From: an uncultured Armatimonadia bacterium
GTDB taxonomy: Bacteria; Armatimonadota; Zipacnadia; CAVVLO01
DNA: 64,000 nt
Reading direction: 5' to 3'
Assembly: GCA_963749155.1 (NCBI GenBank)
Contig: CAVVLO010000005.1
Span: 512,001-576,000, forward strand
Numbering within the stretch: position 1 is the first letter of the stretch; the number at the start of each line of letters is the position of its first letter. The position numbers and the translations under genes were made by a program. Positions 48,290 to 58,601 of this stretch are shown in pieces. The notes beneath the pieces are model-generated. The model saw nothing but the letters and a program-made list of their open reading frames with translations, searched no databases and had not been told where the DNA came from.

Positions 48290-48482
48290 GTATCAAAAAA
48301 ATTTATCTTATCTGCTCTAAAGTTTACTCGAATAACTCCCGATAACCTGTTCAAGCAAGCAGGCCAGAGCAGGAAACCTGTAACTTTTGTAGTATTATTG
48401 ACCATAAGTCAGTCGTAAATCTTGCCAAAAGTAGTATTCAAGATAACAAGACTGACAAGACTAGTCTGAGGGAGGAAACTCG

Positions 48483-50708
48483 ATGGGTAGAAAATCACTA
48501 CTTTTGGTTTTGATGCTTGTTGCGGCTGCCTGGGTGTTGGCAGGCTGTGGTGGTAGCGGGGGAGGAGTGGACACTGGCGCGCTTTCTGGCTTCGCTTACA
48601 TGGAGATCATCACGCTTTCAGGTGATTCTGAAAGAGCTGCCCAGCCAATAGTGCTTAGCACCTCGCCAACTCCCCCAGACGGCTATGAGCCACTTTTCCC
48701 GGGTACAGTTGGCGGAGACGCTGGGACTGGCGTTACGTATCCCAATGGCTCCTATTTCCTCGGAGAGCTGCCCCCAGGCCTTTATAGCATTACCTTGGAA
48801 AGACCTGACGACCCACTTTCGCTCAGTACCTATGAAGTCGAAGTGACCAAGGGCCTGGTCACCTATGGTGACGACGAAGAGACAGGCGAGTATAAGGGTG
48901 ATGGTTACCGCCTGATTGATTACTTCAATCCTGTTGTTGGCAAGACCTGGTATTACGAACCGGAATTACGCGGCACCATGCCGAATTTTGGATTCATCCG
49001 CAACGAGGTCATCGGTGACGAGATTGGTGCGCTTGGACTTTGGTACGGAGATGACGACGGCCCCTGCTTCGGCGATGTAGATGGCAAGCTTGCTCTGCTG
49101 GGCCTTGCGAGTCGCGAGCCTGGTTATTTGGCCAGTCTTGATCCGGCTGTCGTTTTCCCCGAGGATATCGAAGTCGGTGATACCGCCCAGGGCCTGGTGG
49201 ATGTTACTCCTGTGGCCCGTTCAGAGTCTCGCAACGGCGTGACTTCGATGGCGTTTTTCTGGGCTTTCCTGGGCCTGGAGGATATCACTACTCCGGCAGG
49301 GGCCTATGTTGACTGCCTGCATTTCCAGATGGCCTTTACTGCAGGCGCCGAAGTAGATCCGCAGGATATGACTGATGTCTGGTTTGCCCAGGGAGTTGGC
49401 CCTGTGGCCTGGACTCGCGCCTATCAGGATCGTCCAACCACCGAATACACTATCGAATCCTTGCTACTCAACAGCATCGTCGATGAGTCGATTTCTGGTC
49501 CCTTCACAATGCTTGATTACTATCCAATGAAACTGGGCGACGTGCGCGGCTACAGCTATGTGGATCGCAGCGCGCCGGCCAAAACCTTTTCAGTGGATTC
49601 CTACAACAGGTTGGTGGGGCTTGTTCAGGTTGCGGGCGCCAAGGCTTTTGCCCAGGCAACCGCTCATAATGACGGCTCTCTCGATGATGACCTGATGTTG
49701 ATGAGCAACGACGCGAATGGGCTGCGACTATACGGAATGATCACTCCGATGGGTGGTTTTGCAGCCGTGAATTCAGCTTCCAACGCCATTACGATACCAG
49801 CGTCGGTTGAGGTGGGCGATAACGACTCAGGCTCAGTCACCTTGACTACCGATACCGGGTTCGAAAAAGAAGTGGATTACAGCTGGTTTATCATCGGCAC
49901 CGCTAGGATGGCTTCAAACCTGACTGGTCCAGTCCCTTGCCTGATGCTTGATTTGCGGTTGATGCCAGAAGGCGAGACGGGTATGCGCACCATAATGTAT
50001 CTGGCAGAAGACTATGGACCGATCGTAGAAGAGGAGTTTGAAGAGACCAGCCCGGGAAGTGGCGAATGGGAGACTGAAGGGCTACGCGAGCTTGGATATT
50101 ATGATGAGGGTGACTGGGCTGCAACCATCCAGCCATCAAATCCAGCCGTATATCTGCAGAATGCTCCTGGGCGCAACTGGGCCCTGGAGGATATGCTGAG
50201 TAATGATTTCGAGGCTGATATCTACGCGGATACCTCCCAGGGTAGTTCGCAGGCCAGGGTGGAGTTCTCTGCCACACTTGGTCGTATCGAGAACACTAAC
50301 GAGGCTTACTGGTTCTCCAACGGCCTGGATGACAGCTTGTCCTTCTGGGCCAGGCGCGATGTGGGCGACGACCCAATAACCTTTGATGAGCCAATTGTGA
50401 TTCCAGCAGGGGCTCTGCTCGGTGACAACTGGACCTTTGATGTGGATGACGATGTGACTGTCAAGGTCACTGTCACGGGGCTTTTCATCGAACCCTGGTG
50501 GAGCGAGAGTGCCGCAGCAAGGGTAACACCAAGCTCCCCCAGCTCTCTGGCTCTCAAGCTCGAAGTTGAAGATCCTGCGGGTTCTTTCGTAAAGTATTGG
50601 TTCTTGAACCAGTACACAGGACTTGACAGGTTGCTGGATCTTGAGGTAGGTGCCCCTGAGTATTATTACAGGTATCCTGCCGCAGAGTGTTACGACATAC
50701 CCAGCTAG
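48483..50708 (+). CDS. Acidic lipoprotein with three tandem divergent beta-rich domains
   Basis: Lipobox LAGC and Gly linker; domain starts DYFNPVVGKTWYY, DYYPMKLGDVRGY and VYLQNAPGRNWAL. Confidence 0.8.
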   Translation: MGRKSLLLVLMLVAAAWVLAGCGGSGGGVDTGALSGFAYMEIITLSGDSERAAQPIVLSTSPTPPDGYEPLFPGTVGGDAGTGVTYPNGSYFLGELPPGLYSITLERPDDPLSLSTYEVEVTKGLVTYGDDEETGEYKGDGYRLIDYFNPVVGKTWYYEPELRGTMPNFGFIRNEVIGDEIGALGLWYGDDDGPCFGDVDGKLALLGLASREPGYLASLDPAVVFPEDIEVGDTAQGLVDVTPVARSESRNGVTSMAFFWAFLGLEDITTPAGAYVDCLHFQMAFTAGAEVDPQDMTDVWFAQGVGPVAWTRAYQDRPTTEYTIESLLLNSIVDESISGPFTMLDYYPMKLGDVRGYSYVDRSAPAKTFSVDSYNRLVGLVQVAGAKAFAQATAHNDGSLDDDLMLMSNDANGLRLYGMITPMGGFAAVNSASNAITIPASVEVGDNDSGSVTLTTDTGFEKEVDYSWFIIGTARMASNLTGPVPCLMLDLRLMPEGETGMRTIMYLAEDYGPIVEEEFEETSPGSGEWETEGLRELGYYDEGDWAATIQPSNPAVYLQNAPGRNWALEDMLSNDFEADIYADTSQGSSQARVEFSATLGRIENTNEAYWFSNGLDDSLSFWARRDVGDDPITFDEPIVIPAGALLGDNWTFDVDDDVTVKVTVTGLFIEPWWSESAAARVTPSSPSSLALKLEVEDPAGSFVKYWFLNQYTGLDRLLDLEVGAPEYYYRYPAAECYDIPS

Positions 50709-50725
50709 GGCTGTGGTACAACATG

Positions 50726-50760
50726 GGTCGGTCAGTGCTTCGGTGCTGACCGACCTCTTG
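50726..50760 (+). terminator. Intrinsic terminator hairpin with cUUCGg loop
   Basis: GGTCGGTCAG-TGC-TTCG-GTG-CTGACCGACC followed by TCTTGTT, between convergent genes. Confidence 0.75.
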
Positions 50761-50803
50761 TTAGGCAAAAACAGGCCTTTTGCCCCGGTGGTCAGATGCC
50801 AGT

Positions 50804-51559
50804 CTAATGTGCTGGGGTTTTACTTTCCTCTTCTGTAGAGTTCACGATCTTCCAGCTAGCTCCGTCGCGTTCCAGTTCGAAGAGTATTCGACGCTCAGGC
50901 TGACTGACCAGGTAGACGATGAAGGCCTTGTCTTTGCCGGTAGAGCGCACATCATAATAAACGGGCACTTCCCCAGCTTTTTCGACCTCTCCGGCCAGCA
51001 TCACGGGCACCAGATGAAGGCTTTCACCAGAAAGTCCAGTCCGGGCCAATAGCTCTTCAACTGTAACCTGGATAATGAGGTTTTGATCGCCGGAGGGAAG
51101 AGGTAGCACAGGCTCCCCTTTGAACCGACCCAGTTGCCACTGCATTAGAAAATAAACGCCCAATATGGCTAGCAGCATTAGAGGGATTTGCCATACTGGC
51201 AGCAGCGAAAGCTTGTTTGGTGTCGCCTTTGGACCATCGTTACTGACTTCTCGACCAGAGCCTTCCAGCCAAATCTGCAGGCGATAACCACAGACTTCGA
51301 GCGTTGCTCCATCCTCGAGTTGGGTTTCGCCAGCAAGAGGCGTCCCATCGAGCAGCACCTCTGCTGAATCGTCAACCTGCTCGATGGCCCAGCCGCGCCC
51401 CGCTGGATAGAGCCGCAATAAACGCAGGGGAGAGCCAGGCTCTGTCAGCTTCAAGTCGCAGTGGTCATCTGCTCCTACCCAAACTGGCTCGGTAGACAGC
51501 TCCACCAGGGTCCTTCTGCCGTCAGGGGCCCACATTACCAGCGCGTTCTGGTCCATCAC
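50804..51559 (-). CDS. Membrane-anchored FHA-like domain protein
   Basis: N-terminal FHA-like fold (WVGADDHCDL, VLLDG, LEDGATLEV) lacking the canonical GR/SxxH residues, plus one TM segment. Confidence 0.65.
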   Translation of the reverse strand: MMDQNALVMWAPDGRRTLVELSTEPVWVGADDHCDLKLTEPGSPLRLLRLYPAGRGWAIEQVDDSAEVLLDGTPLAGETQLEDGATLEVCGYRLQIWLEGSGREVSNDGPKATPNKLSLLPVWQIPLMLLAILGVYFLMQWQLGRFKGEPVLPLPSGDQNLIIQVTVEELLARTGLSGESLHLVPVMLAGEVEKAGEVPVYYDVRSTGKDKAFIVYLVSQPERRILFELERDGASWKIVNSTEEESKTPAH

Positions 51560-51578
51560 CCGGCTCCTCGCCGCTAGT

Positions 51579-52697
51579 CTAGCAGCTCAGCAATTCCTTT
51601 AACCTGGCAACGACAGTACCTGCTTTGGGCGGGCAGCCTTCGGCACAGGGGCGGCCTTCTGTCTTCGCACAGTTGCCGATTGCCAGGTCGGCCGACTCGT
51701 CAGGGGTGCCCAGCGCGAAAGCCAGGCCTCGTTCAGCCAGTTCTCTGCGCAGTCCCTCGGCGTCTTCAGCTTCGACAGCTTGCAAGGCCTGCATCAACCT
51801 CATCAGGCAGCCCGAACAAGCCCCCTTGCTGTGAAACTCCACGCCCTGGAACCGCTCAAATAACGCCTCATGCGGCAGCCGGAAACGCCGGCCGCGCGCA
51901 AGCAGTTCTGCCCCGATAACCTCTGCTGAAGAGCGAAGCTCTGCCAGGGCTTTCAGCCAGGGTTTGTAAGTGTTGATGGTCCCCAGATCAACCTGCATCA
52001 ACTCGGCGGCAAGCCCATCGCTTAACAGCCAGCTTGGCGAGGCGACTGCCAAATCAAGGGGGACTGGATCGCCAGCCGCGGGGCCCATCCCATCCATCCC
52101 GGGCGAGGCGTCCATTATAGTCAGCTCGGTAGGCAACAGTTTTGGCAGTGAAGCCACCCCTCGATCGATGTCCAGCTTGTGGAGGCCCATCTTGCCGGTC
52201 CCATGCAGAAATCCTTTCAGATTTTTAGCCGACAGAGTGATCCCACAATCCAGGTGGGTCTTCATTACGCCAACGGTTATATGGAAGTCAGCCCACCAAT
52301 ACCATTCGGTAACAAGCAATTCCTCGGGCAGCTTGCCGAAATCACTGCCTCTGACCCGCCGGTGGTTCCAGTGTTCGAAGGGCACCCAGCGCACTCCCTG
52401 ACGCTTGCAGGCGGCAGCGATCCCAGTTTCGGTGAAACAGGCTTCGGGGTCTTCATTGCCATAAAAACCGCTCTCACCTACGACCACTGCGCTCGCTCCC
52501 GCCGCTTTGGCCCAGTGGATTATTCCCTCGACCAGGTGGGGATTACTGACCGAGCCAGTGCGATAATCGGCGGCCTGGTGGAGATTGGGCTTTATCAACA
52601 CTCGCTTGCCAGTAAGGTCCAGCCCAAGTTGGCTGAGTGCTCTGGTCACAGCCGGGATGCCCTCGGTGGTATCGAAGATGATGGCGCGCTCAGGCAT
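51579..52697 (-). CDS. DUF362 domain protein
   Basis: VLIKPN, MKTH, LSAKNLKG, GMGP and C-terminal CSGC/GNC/GCPP motifs. Confidence 0.9.
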   Translation of the reverse strand: MPERAIIFDTTEGIPAVTRALSQLGLDLTGKRVLIKPNLHQAADYRTGSVSNPHLVEGIIHWAKAAGASAVVVGESGFYGNEDPEACFTETGIAAACKRQGVRWVPFEHWNHRRVRGSDFGKLPEELLVTEWYWWADFHITVGVMKTHLDCGITLSAKNLKGFLHGTGKMGLHKLDIDRGVASLPKLLPTELTIMDASPGMDGMGPAAGDPVPLDLAVASPSWLLSDGLAAELMQVDLGTINTYKPWLKALAELRSSAEVIGAELLARGRRFRLPHEALFERFQGVEFHSKGACSGCLMRLMQALQAVEAEDAEGLRRELAERGLAFALGTPDESADLAIGNCAKTEGRPCAEGCPPKAGTVVARLKELLSC

Positions 52698-53535
52698 CAA
52701 GGGCCTCCTCGAGGGCAACTTCGAAAGTCAGCCTGGGGCGCCAACCGAAGGCGCGTTCAGCTTTGGAAATATCCCACCAAAGCCCCACGGAGGGCACAGA
52801 GGCGCCAAGGCTTGCAAGTTTTGCGACTGCGCCTGGCCAGTAACGCTCAACGACGGCCTGCGGATTTTCACGTAGTTCGACAGCATCCTCAGGCGCATAC
52901 GGCACCCAGCCGGTGGTGTAATAAGCTTCGATGCCCGAAAGCTCTGTCTTAGCGGCCGCCACATGGGCTGCGACGAGGTCAGGCAGTAGCAAGCGAGCCG
53001 CAAGCAGGTTGGCGATGCTCTCGGCAGGCGGGGTGGGGAAGAAGGCCGGCGGCCTCAGCATTGCGATAGGTACGCCGCTTGCGCGATGCCAGGTGGCGCA
53101 GATATGCTCCTGGGTCGCTTTGGTAACACTATACATATCGAGGGGCGCCTGGATGGCCGCCGCTTCTCTTACAGGACAGCCTTCGGGGCCGGGCTCATAG
53201 CCGGTTACCGCGATACTGCTGGTGTGGACAATTTGCTTAACCCCTGCCGCAGAGGCGGCCTTGAGGACATTCCAGGTGCCCTGGATATTAAGCTGGATGT
53301 ACTGTTCGTCAGTATAAGGCTTCCAGGGATGGATGGAGGCACAGTTAATCACCTGGTCGGCGCCTTCGAAGGCCTCGCGAACGGCATCATAGTCGCCTAG
53401 ATCAACCTGACGCCCAACGAGTCCCTCGGGCAAGGGCGCCAAGTCCAGTCCAAAGACTTCAAAATCGGACGCAAGCACCCTGGCCAGTGCAGAACCCAGA
53501 TAGCCTGCAGCGCCTGTTATGACAATACGACTCAA
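52690..53535 (-). CDS. NAD-dependent epimerase/dehydratase family protein
   Basis: ITGAAGYLG, TSS and YSVTK motifs. Confidence 0.88.
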   Translation of the reverse strand: MSRIVITGAAGYLGSALARVLASDFEVFGLDLAPLPEGLVGRQVDLGDYDAVREAFEGADQVINCASIHPWKPYTDEQYIQLNIQGTWNVLKAASAAGVKQIVHTSSIAVTGYEPGPEGCPVREAAAIQAPLDMYSVTKATQEHICATWHRASGVPIAMLRPPAFFPTPPAESIANLLAARLLLPDLVAAHVAAAKTELSGIEAYYTTGWVPYAPEDAVELRENPQAVVERYWPGAVAKLASLGASVPSVGLWWDISKAERAFGWRPRLTFEVALEEALDA

Positions 53536-53554
53536 GTTGGTTCCCTCCAGGAAA

Positions 53555-55780
53555 CTAGCGACGCGAGAAAAGATACAGGCCAGGCTCGGTTAGCAGGAAC
53601 TGGTCGCCCTCAAGGCCGGTCGAGTAGAGTTTCCACCAGCCAGGCAAGAGAAGATGGATGGGTTCGGTTGGCGTATCGAGCAACTCCAGGCTGATGCGCC
53701 GGTTGCTGGCCTTGAGATTAAGTTTACAGCCGCGATACAGAATATTCGAGACTCCCAGTTCGTTACAGGCCGAAGGCAGGTTGGGACTGAGTACAAGCCC
53801 GTCAGGTTTCGGTTCGATACCCAGGAAACCATATATCAAAATTTGCGGCACCAGACTGCTTTCGAAGAACTCGAAATCGATACCCAGCCCACCCGCGGTG
53901 CCGCCTCCCTGCAAGGTTGTGCCCTGCTTGCCGTCCGCGTAGAAGGCCCGATAACCCCCCGCGGCCCAGCACTCCTGCTCCCAGGCGATAATCTCCTTCA
54001 GCCTCTGCCAGGCATCATCGGGGCCCTTAACCTTCAGCCGGGCCCAAAGGTCGTAGAAGCTGAAACCAAGCACGGCGCCGCCATCCTGCACCTGACCGCC
54101 CCAGGGCAAGCTTTCGGGGGCGGTCCAGCCCTGACCATACCAGTCGATGTTGCGCAGCGTGGTTGCCCGAGGGCCAAAACGCCACTTGTAGATGTCCTCT
54201 CCCTGCGAGGTGTCTCCTTCCACAAGCCGCTTGCCAGAGAGCCAGTCGAGTATGGCGCGGGCATGGTCCTCACTTGCCAGGCCATACCAGATGGAATCCA
54301 GATTCACAAAAGTGAAACCATAGTCGTGGGGTCTTCCATCGGCGTCAACACATATAGCAAAACGACCGGTTTTCGGATTCCAGAACTTGCGGTTGCTTAC
54401 CTCGCGCACTCTGGCGGCATGGTTTCTTAGTCCGATTGGGTCAAGGGCAAGAGGGCCGTGCGAGATACCCCAACCAGGGTTGGCAAGCACTGCTTCTTCA
54501 AGATCAGCCAGCTCGAGTAGCGCCTTATGATAAAGGTTGGTGGTATACAGGTCATCTCCGCCGATTGGCAGGATGTCCCAATAGTTGGAGCCGATGCCCT
54601 GGCCTGGCCTGAAGGTCTTGGTCCCGTCCTCGTTCAGCACGAAATTGCCTCGGCCGGTGTGGCCGTTCCACGATTGGCGCACGAAGTCGAGTTGCAGCGT
54701 GTTGAATTCCGTCATCATAAAACGCAGCGAAGTGCGCAACTGGTTGATGCGCGCCCTGAGAAACTCCAAATCGCCCGTCCACTTGAAATAGTTGCAGCTG
54801 GCCAAAAGATAAATTGGGTTGTTGACCGGATGGCGAGTGTCATAGGCGGTGAAGCACATCAACAGGTCGAACTGGCCCGTGGTTGAGCCAGGCGCAAGCG
54901 CGATGCGCAGCCGCTTGATGCGTCCCTGCCAAAGAGGGTGTTTATACATTGGAAACAGCGAGTGGGTCACGCCAAAGACATGGTCGTACTCGGAGGCGCC
55001 GGGGCGGTATTCAAAATAGACGCGCCGCTCGGGGCTCCAGTCGTCATCGCCCTCGCGTTGCCATTCGACATAAGGCGAGGTGGAAGTCTCTGAAAGGCCA
55101 CTGCGCAGCCAGCGTAGCTGCAGCCAGGGCGCGTTGTAAGCATCGAAAGTCGTGGCTTCAGGCAGCGTCAGCCTTGGGGAAGGGCCAGTTGCTACCAGCC
55201 GCCATTTGTTCTCCACGATGCCCTGAGAGTCCAGATTTTCAAGCTCCCAGCCCTGGGTAGCCCGGAGGCCTGTCCAGGGCAGAGTCGCCCAGTTTGTGGC
55301 ATCTCCCCAGCCAAAGGCAAGCATCCCGACAGGATTTTCGGCGAAATTGAAGCCGAAAGTGTGACCCGCAAGGATCTGCTGGCTCCAGAAGGGGAAGGGC
55401 CAGCCGAAATCGTGCGAGCTGGAGGGGTGTTGATGGGTGTGGATATACCCATCTGGCTCCATCAGGATAGAGGTCAGATCTTCTTTGTGGACGGCCTGGA
55501 TGGCTTTACCGCGCGCTTTGTCCATCGCGCCACCAAGCCACATATCGGAAAGCGTGACATATTCCTGGTTGAAGACGCAGTTATTGTTGCCCATCCGGTT
55601 TGAGAAGTGATACCAAAGAAACCGGTTCAGCACCTGGGCGGCTTCCTCATCGCCTGCGCATTCAAAGCGCGGGAAGTCCGCAGGCACACCTGGCAATAAG
55701 TCAGGGGGCGGCTCAACCACAGCGGCTGAGGCCCCGAGCAGAAAGCTCAATAAGCCGCACAACACCAGTAACTTGATCAT
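53555..55780 (-). CDS. Secreted six-hairpin glycosidase-like protein
   Basis: Signal peptide; YFKWTGDLEFL, SNYWD and KFWNPKTGRF motifs. Confidence 0.7.
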   Translation of the reverse strand: MIKLLVLCGLLSFLLGASAAVVEPPPDLLPGVPADFPRFECAGDEEAAQVLNRFLWYHFSNRMGNNNCVFNQEYVTLSDMWLGGAMDKARGKAIQAVHKEDLTSILMEPDGYIHTHQHPSSSHDFGWPFPFWSQQILAGHTFGFNFAENPVGMLAFGWGDATNWATLPWTGLRATQGWELENLDSQGIVENKWRLVATGPSPRLTLPEATTFDAYNAPWLQLRWLRSGLSETSTSPYVEWQREGDDDWSPERRVYFEYRPGASEYDHVFGVTHSLFPMYKHPLWQGRIKRLRIALAPGSTTGQFDLLMCFTAYDTRHPVNNPIYLLASCNYFKWTGDLEFLRARINQLRTSLRFMMTEFNTLQLDFVRQSWNGHTGRGNFVLNEDGTKTFRPGQGIGSNYWDILPIGGDDLYTTNLYHKALLELADLEEAVLANPGWGISHGPLALDPIGLRNHAARVREVSNRKFWNPKTGRFAICVDADGRPHDYGFTFVNLDSIWYGLASEDHARAILDWLSGKRLVEGDTSQGEDIYKWRFGPRATTLRNIDWYGQGWTAPESLPWGGQVQDGGAVLGFSFYDLWARLKVKGPDDAWQRLKEIIAWEQECWAAGGYRAFYADGKQGTTLQGGGTAGGLGIDFEFFESSLVPQILIYGFLGIEPKPDGLVLSPNLPSACNELGVSNILYRGCKLNLKASNRRISLELLDTPTEPIHLLLPGWWKLYSTGLEGDQFLLTEPGLYLFSRR

Positions 55781-55782
55781 TT

Positions 55783-58473
55783 TTAGTCCTCCTCACCGAA
55801 AACGCGTACCTGGAAGACCCTTGCAGAGGGATCTCCCCAGGTCTCCTCGCATACAAGGCGCAGTCGTGAAAGCTCAATCGGAGCAAAAGTATGGTCGCGC
55901 CAGTGGAGCTTGTTGCTAGCTACGACAGCGAGTTCCTGTTCCTCGCCGCCTGGAGTGATGCCAATCAGTCGGTATCGCTTGACCGCGCGCAGTGGGCCAG
56001 CGGCCCTTGGATGACGTGCCAGCAGGTCATTGTCGAAGGCGAGGCTTATCTTGCTGGCACGGACCGAGCGCGGGAAGGTCAGCTCAAGCCACTGAGGCAG
56101 CGACTGGTGCGGGTCAGATCGCCAACCGTTGTAACAGCGGGCATCGGGCCGAGGCCAAAGCCCAGTGACCTGGCGAGGAGCGAAGGCGCCAGCGGTTAAG
56201 ACTTTTGGCTGGGTAAGCAGGCCGAATCGCCAGCGGAAATACTGGAGTTCCGCGCCAACGGCCGCCGCGCCATGCCAACCGGCCGGCGCCCACTCCAGCA
56301 GTGGCAGCGCCGCCCCCTCGACAGGTTCGAGTAGCAGGCCGTAGCACCGGCCGGGGAAGGCTCTTATTTCTGTGTCGAAGGTAACCCACTGGCGTCCTGT
56401 AGTTTTTAGAGAGGTGGCATACTCGCCAAGTTTTCGGCTGACCGTTACATCGGCGCCTGGCCGTATCTCCACCAGAGCGCCCGAAAGGGTTGTGCCTGCC
56501 TCCCCTTCGACAAGCAGCTCAAGTCGTTCCAGGAAGTCGCCCTGGGCTTCAAAGAGCGGGCAGATAGCGCGCGAAAGCGGCACGCTGGCTTGCCAGGGCG
56601 CCTCGGCGAGTTGGGCGCAAATCGCAGCCTCGCGCTCCGCTACAGTGCGATCGAAATATTCCGGCGCCCAGACGCTACTCGCGGAGACTCGGGCTTCAGG
56701 GGCTCTGTCAGCAAGGTCATGCAGGGGGATGTCGGGCAGCCAGGCGCCAGTTTGGAGCAGTCGCTGTTGTACTTCATCGTAGTCAGGATCGGAAAGCCCC
56801 GTGCAGGCAAGGGCACGTCGGACCATTACGGCTGCCGCGATGCCAACCGCCTGAGCTTCGACTGCACAGGTCGCCATTACGCGCGTAGAACCAAAGGCTA
56901 CATGGGTGCAGCTTATGTTGCGACCAGCCATCAGCAGGTTGCAGATATTCCGCGACATCAGGGCGCGCAGGGGGACAGGATAGGGCCTGACTTCGCGCTG
57001 CAGGCAGGGCGGCTGGGGCGCCAGGATGCCTCCTGGGGGATGCAGGTCTATGGACCAACCGCCATAGGCGACAGTATCTTTCTTGGAGCCTGGATTCTCG
57101 ATATAGCGCTGGGTCAATACTTCCTTGCCCACTAGCCTGCGCGACTCTCGCTTGCCTGGACGGTAGGGGATATAACAGAGTTGCCAGTAGGCAGCTTCGG
57201 CAGCATGGCGCGAGCGGTTTACGGTAAAGTCCCAGACTCCATAAATAAGCGTAAGCAGCTTGTCTCTGATAAATTCGGCGTCTCGGATGGTGTCGAACTC
57301 GCCCCCGAAAGCTATCCACCAGTGGCCCCAGTCGAGGCGAGAGGGATCGCGGAAGGGCAGGTCGGCTTCCGACTCGAACCGGTGCGCCCAGGGGGGCGGG
57401 GTGAAGCCAACTGGCGCTTCTTTCTTTTCGGCGCGCCACATCATCGAGCTGGAAAGCGTCTTGCTGTCGGCTTCAGAGGGCAGGGCCATTGTTTCGCCAT
57501 ATTCGTCCTGGGTTTCGCGACCGACCACATAATCGGCGCCAGCCAGCGCGCCCAGAGTAGCGTCACCAGTGCAGTCAATATAAACTTGCGCGGCGATTTC
57601 CACCAGTTTGCCAGAGAGTGGATCGCGTGCCAGGAGTGTAGCAAGGCGATTGGCTGCGGCCTTCTCGACGCTTTCGACCCAAAAGCCTTGGAGCAGCCTT
57701 ACTGGCGTCGCTTCGAGGAATTCTGTGGCCGCCTGGTGCCAGTCGCCCAGTTCCATCGCGCGCGTCCAAAGCTCATCCAGTACGCCGGTCTCGCGCAGAG
57801 AGTCGTGAAAACGCCCAAGGGCGGCGCCTTCGACGGGGACGAATATCTCCCGAGAAGCATTGCCTCCGAGCAGGGCAGGCCCTGTAACGAAGGCCACCGA
57901 GACGCCTTCCCGGCTGGCCGCGAGCGCCGCACAGATGCCAGCTACCCCTCCGCCTGCGACCACAACATCAACCTCGAGCCGCTCGCCGGGCGCCTTTTCA
58001 AAGGCGCCAGCTTCTCGGCGATACCGGTTGAGGGCCTCCCAACCCGCCTCCGGCACGAAGGAGGCGTCCTGGCTGAGCATCACCGCGGCAAACCGGGCAT
58101 ACTGGCCTTTGGAAGCGACTTCCAGTCTGGCTTGCCCAGCCAGTTCGACTTCGCCCACTTTTTGCCAGTGCCAGTCAGGATTGTCATCTACCCCGAGCTC
58201 CCCGCCAACTGGTTCACCGTTCACAGCGAGATTGAAACTGCCAGGAGAATACTCCGGCAGCCAGTCACGGGTGTAGACCCAGATTAGATAGCGACCAGAC
58301 TGAGGAATATCAACCTGCTTGATTGCGGGCCCTGCCAGGTGATCGTAGCCAGGCGCCTCTGGGCCTGGAGCGAGCAGATACGCTCCGCCCATCACTTCGA
58401 AAAACTGATCATCGGCCAACCATTGACCAGGCTGATCGAATTGCGCGGCTTCCAGATATAGGTACTCAGACAT
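55783..58473 (-). CDS. FAD-dependent oxidoreductase (PF12831-like) with C-terminal discoidin-like domain
   Basis: VAGGGVAG, LGGNAS, IDCTGD, KRESRRL, IDLH and STRVMAT motifs. Confidence 0.88.
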   Translation of the reverse strand: MSEYLYLEAAQFDQPGQWLADDQFFEVMGGAYLLAPGPEAPGYDHLAGPAIKQVDIPQSGRYLIWVYTRDWLPEYSPGSFNLAVNGEPVGGELGVDDNPDWHWQKVGEVELAGQARLEVASKGQYARFAAVMLSQDASFVPEAGWEALNRYRREAGAFEKAPGERLEVDVVVAGGGVAGICAALAASREGVSVAFVTGPALLGGNASREIFVPVEGAALGRFHDSLRETGVLDELWTRAMELGDWHQAATEFLEATPVRLLQGFWVESVEKAAANRLATLLARDPLSGKLVEIAAQVYIDCTGDATLGALAGADYVVGRETQDEYGETMALPSEADSKTLSSSMMWRAEKKEAPVGFTPPPWAHRFESEADLPFRDPSRLDWGHWWIAFGGEFDTIRDAEFIRDKLLTLIYGVWDFTVNRSRHAAEAAYWQLCYIPYRPGKRESRRLVGKEVLTQRYIENPGSKKDTVAYGGWSIDLHPPGGILAPQPPCLQREVRPYPVPLRALMSRNICNLLMAGRNISCTHVAFGSTRVMATCAVEAQAVGIAAAVMVRRALACTGLSDPDYDEVQQRLLQTGAWLPDIPLHDLADRAPEARVSASSVWAPEYFDRTVAEREAAICAQLAEAPWQASVPLSRAICPLFEAQGDFLERLELLVEGEAGTTLSGALVEIRPGADVTVSRKLGEYATSLKTTGRQWVTFDTEIRAFPGRCYGLLLEPVEGAALPLLEWAPAGWHGAAAVGAELQYFRWRFGLLTQPKVLTAGAFAPRQVTGLWPRPDARCYNGWRSDPHQSLPQWLELTFPRSVRASKISLAFDNDLLARHPRAAGPLRAVKRYRLIGITPGGEEQELAVVASNKLHWRDHTFAPIELSRLRLVCEETWGDPSARVFQVRVFGEED

Positions 58474-58510
58474 AAGGGCTCTCCCTGTTATCAACTGCTC
58501 TCCTACTCAG

Positions 58511-58563
58511 GTTCGCCGCGCGCGCCAGTTTCCCTTGCAGGAAGGCCAAAGCCTTCCTCGAAG
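58511..58563. promoter_or_regulatory. Back-to-back sigma-H-like promoters
   Basis: Plus strand GCAGGA-N17-GAAG (58537-58563); minus strand CAAGGG-N17-GAAC (58511-58537). Confidence 0.4.
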
Positions 58564-58601
58564 CAGATAACTCCGCATATTAGCTGATGAGGTGCCACCC
58601 T

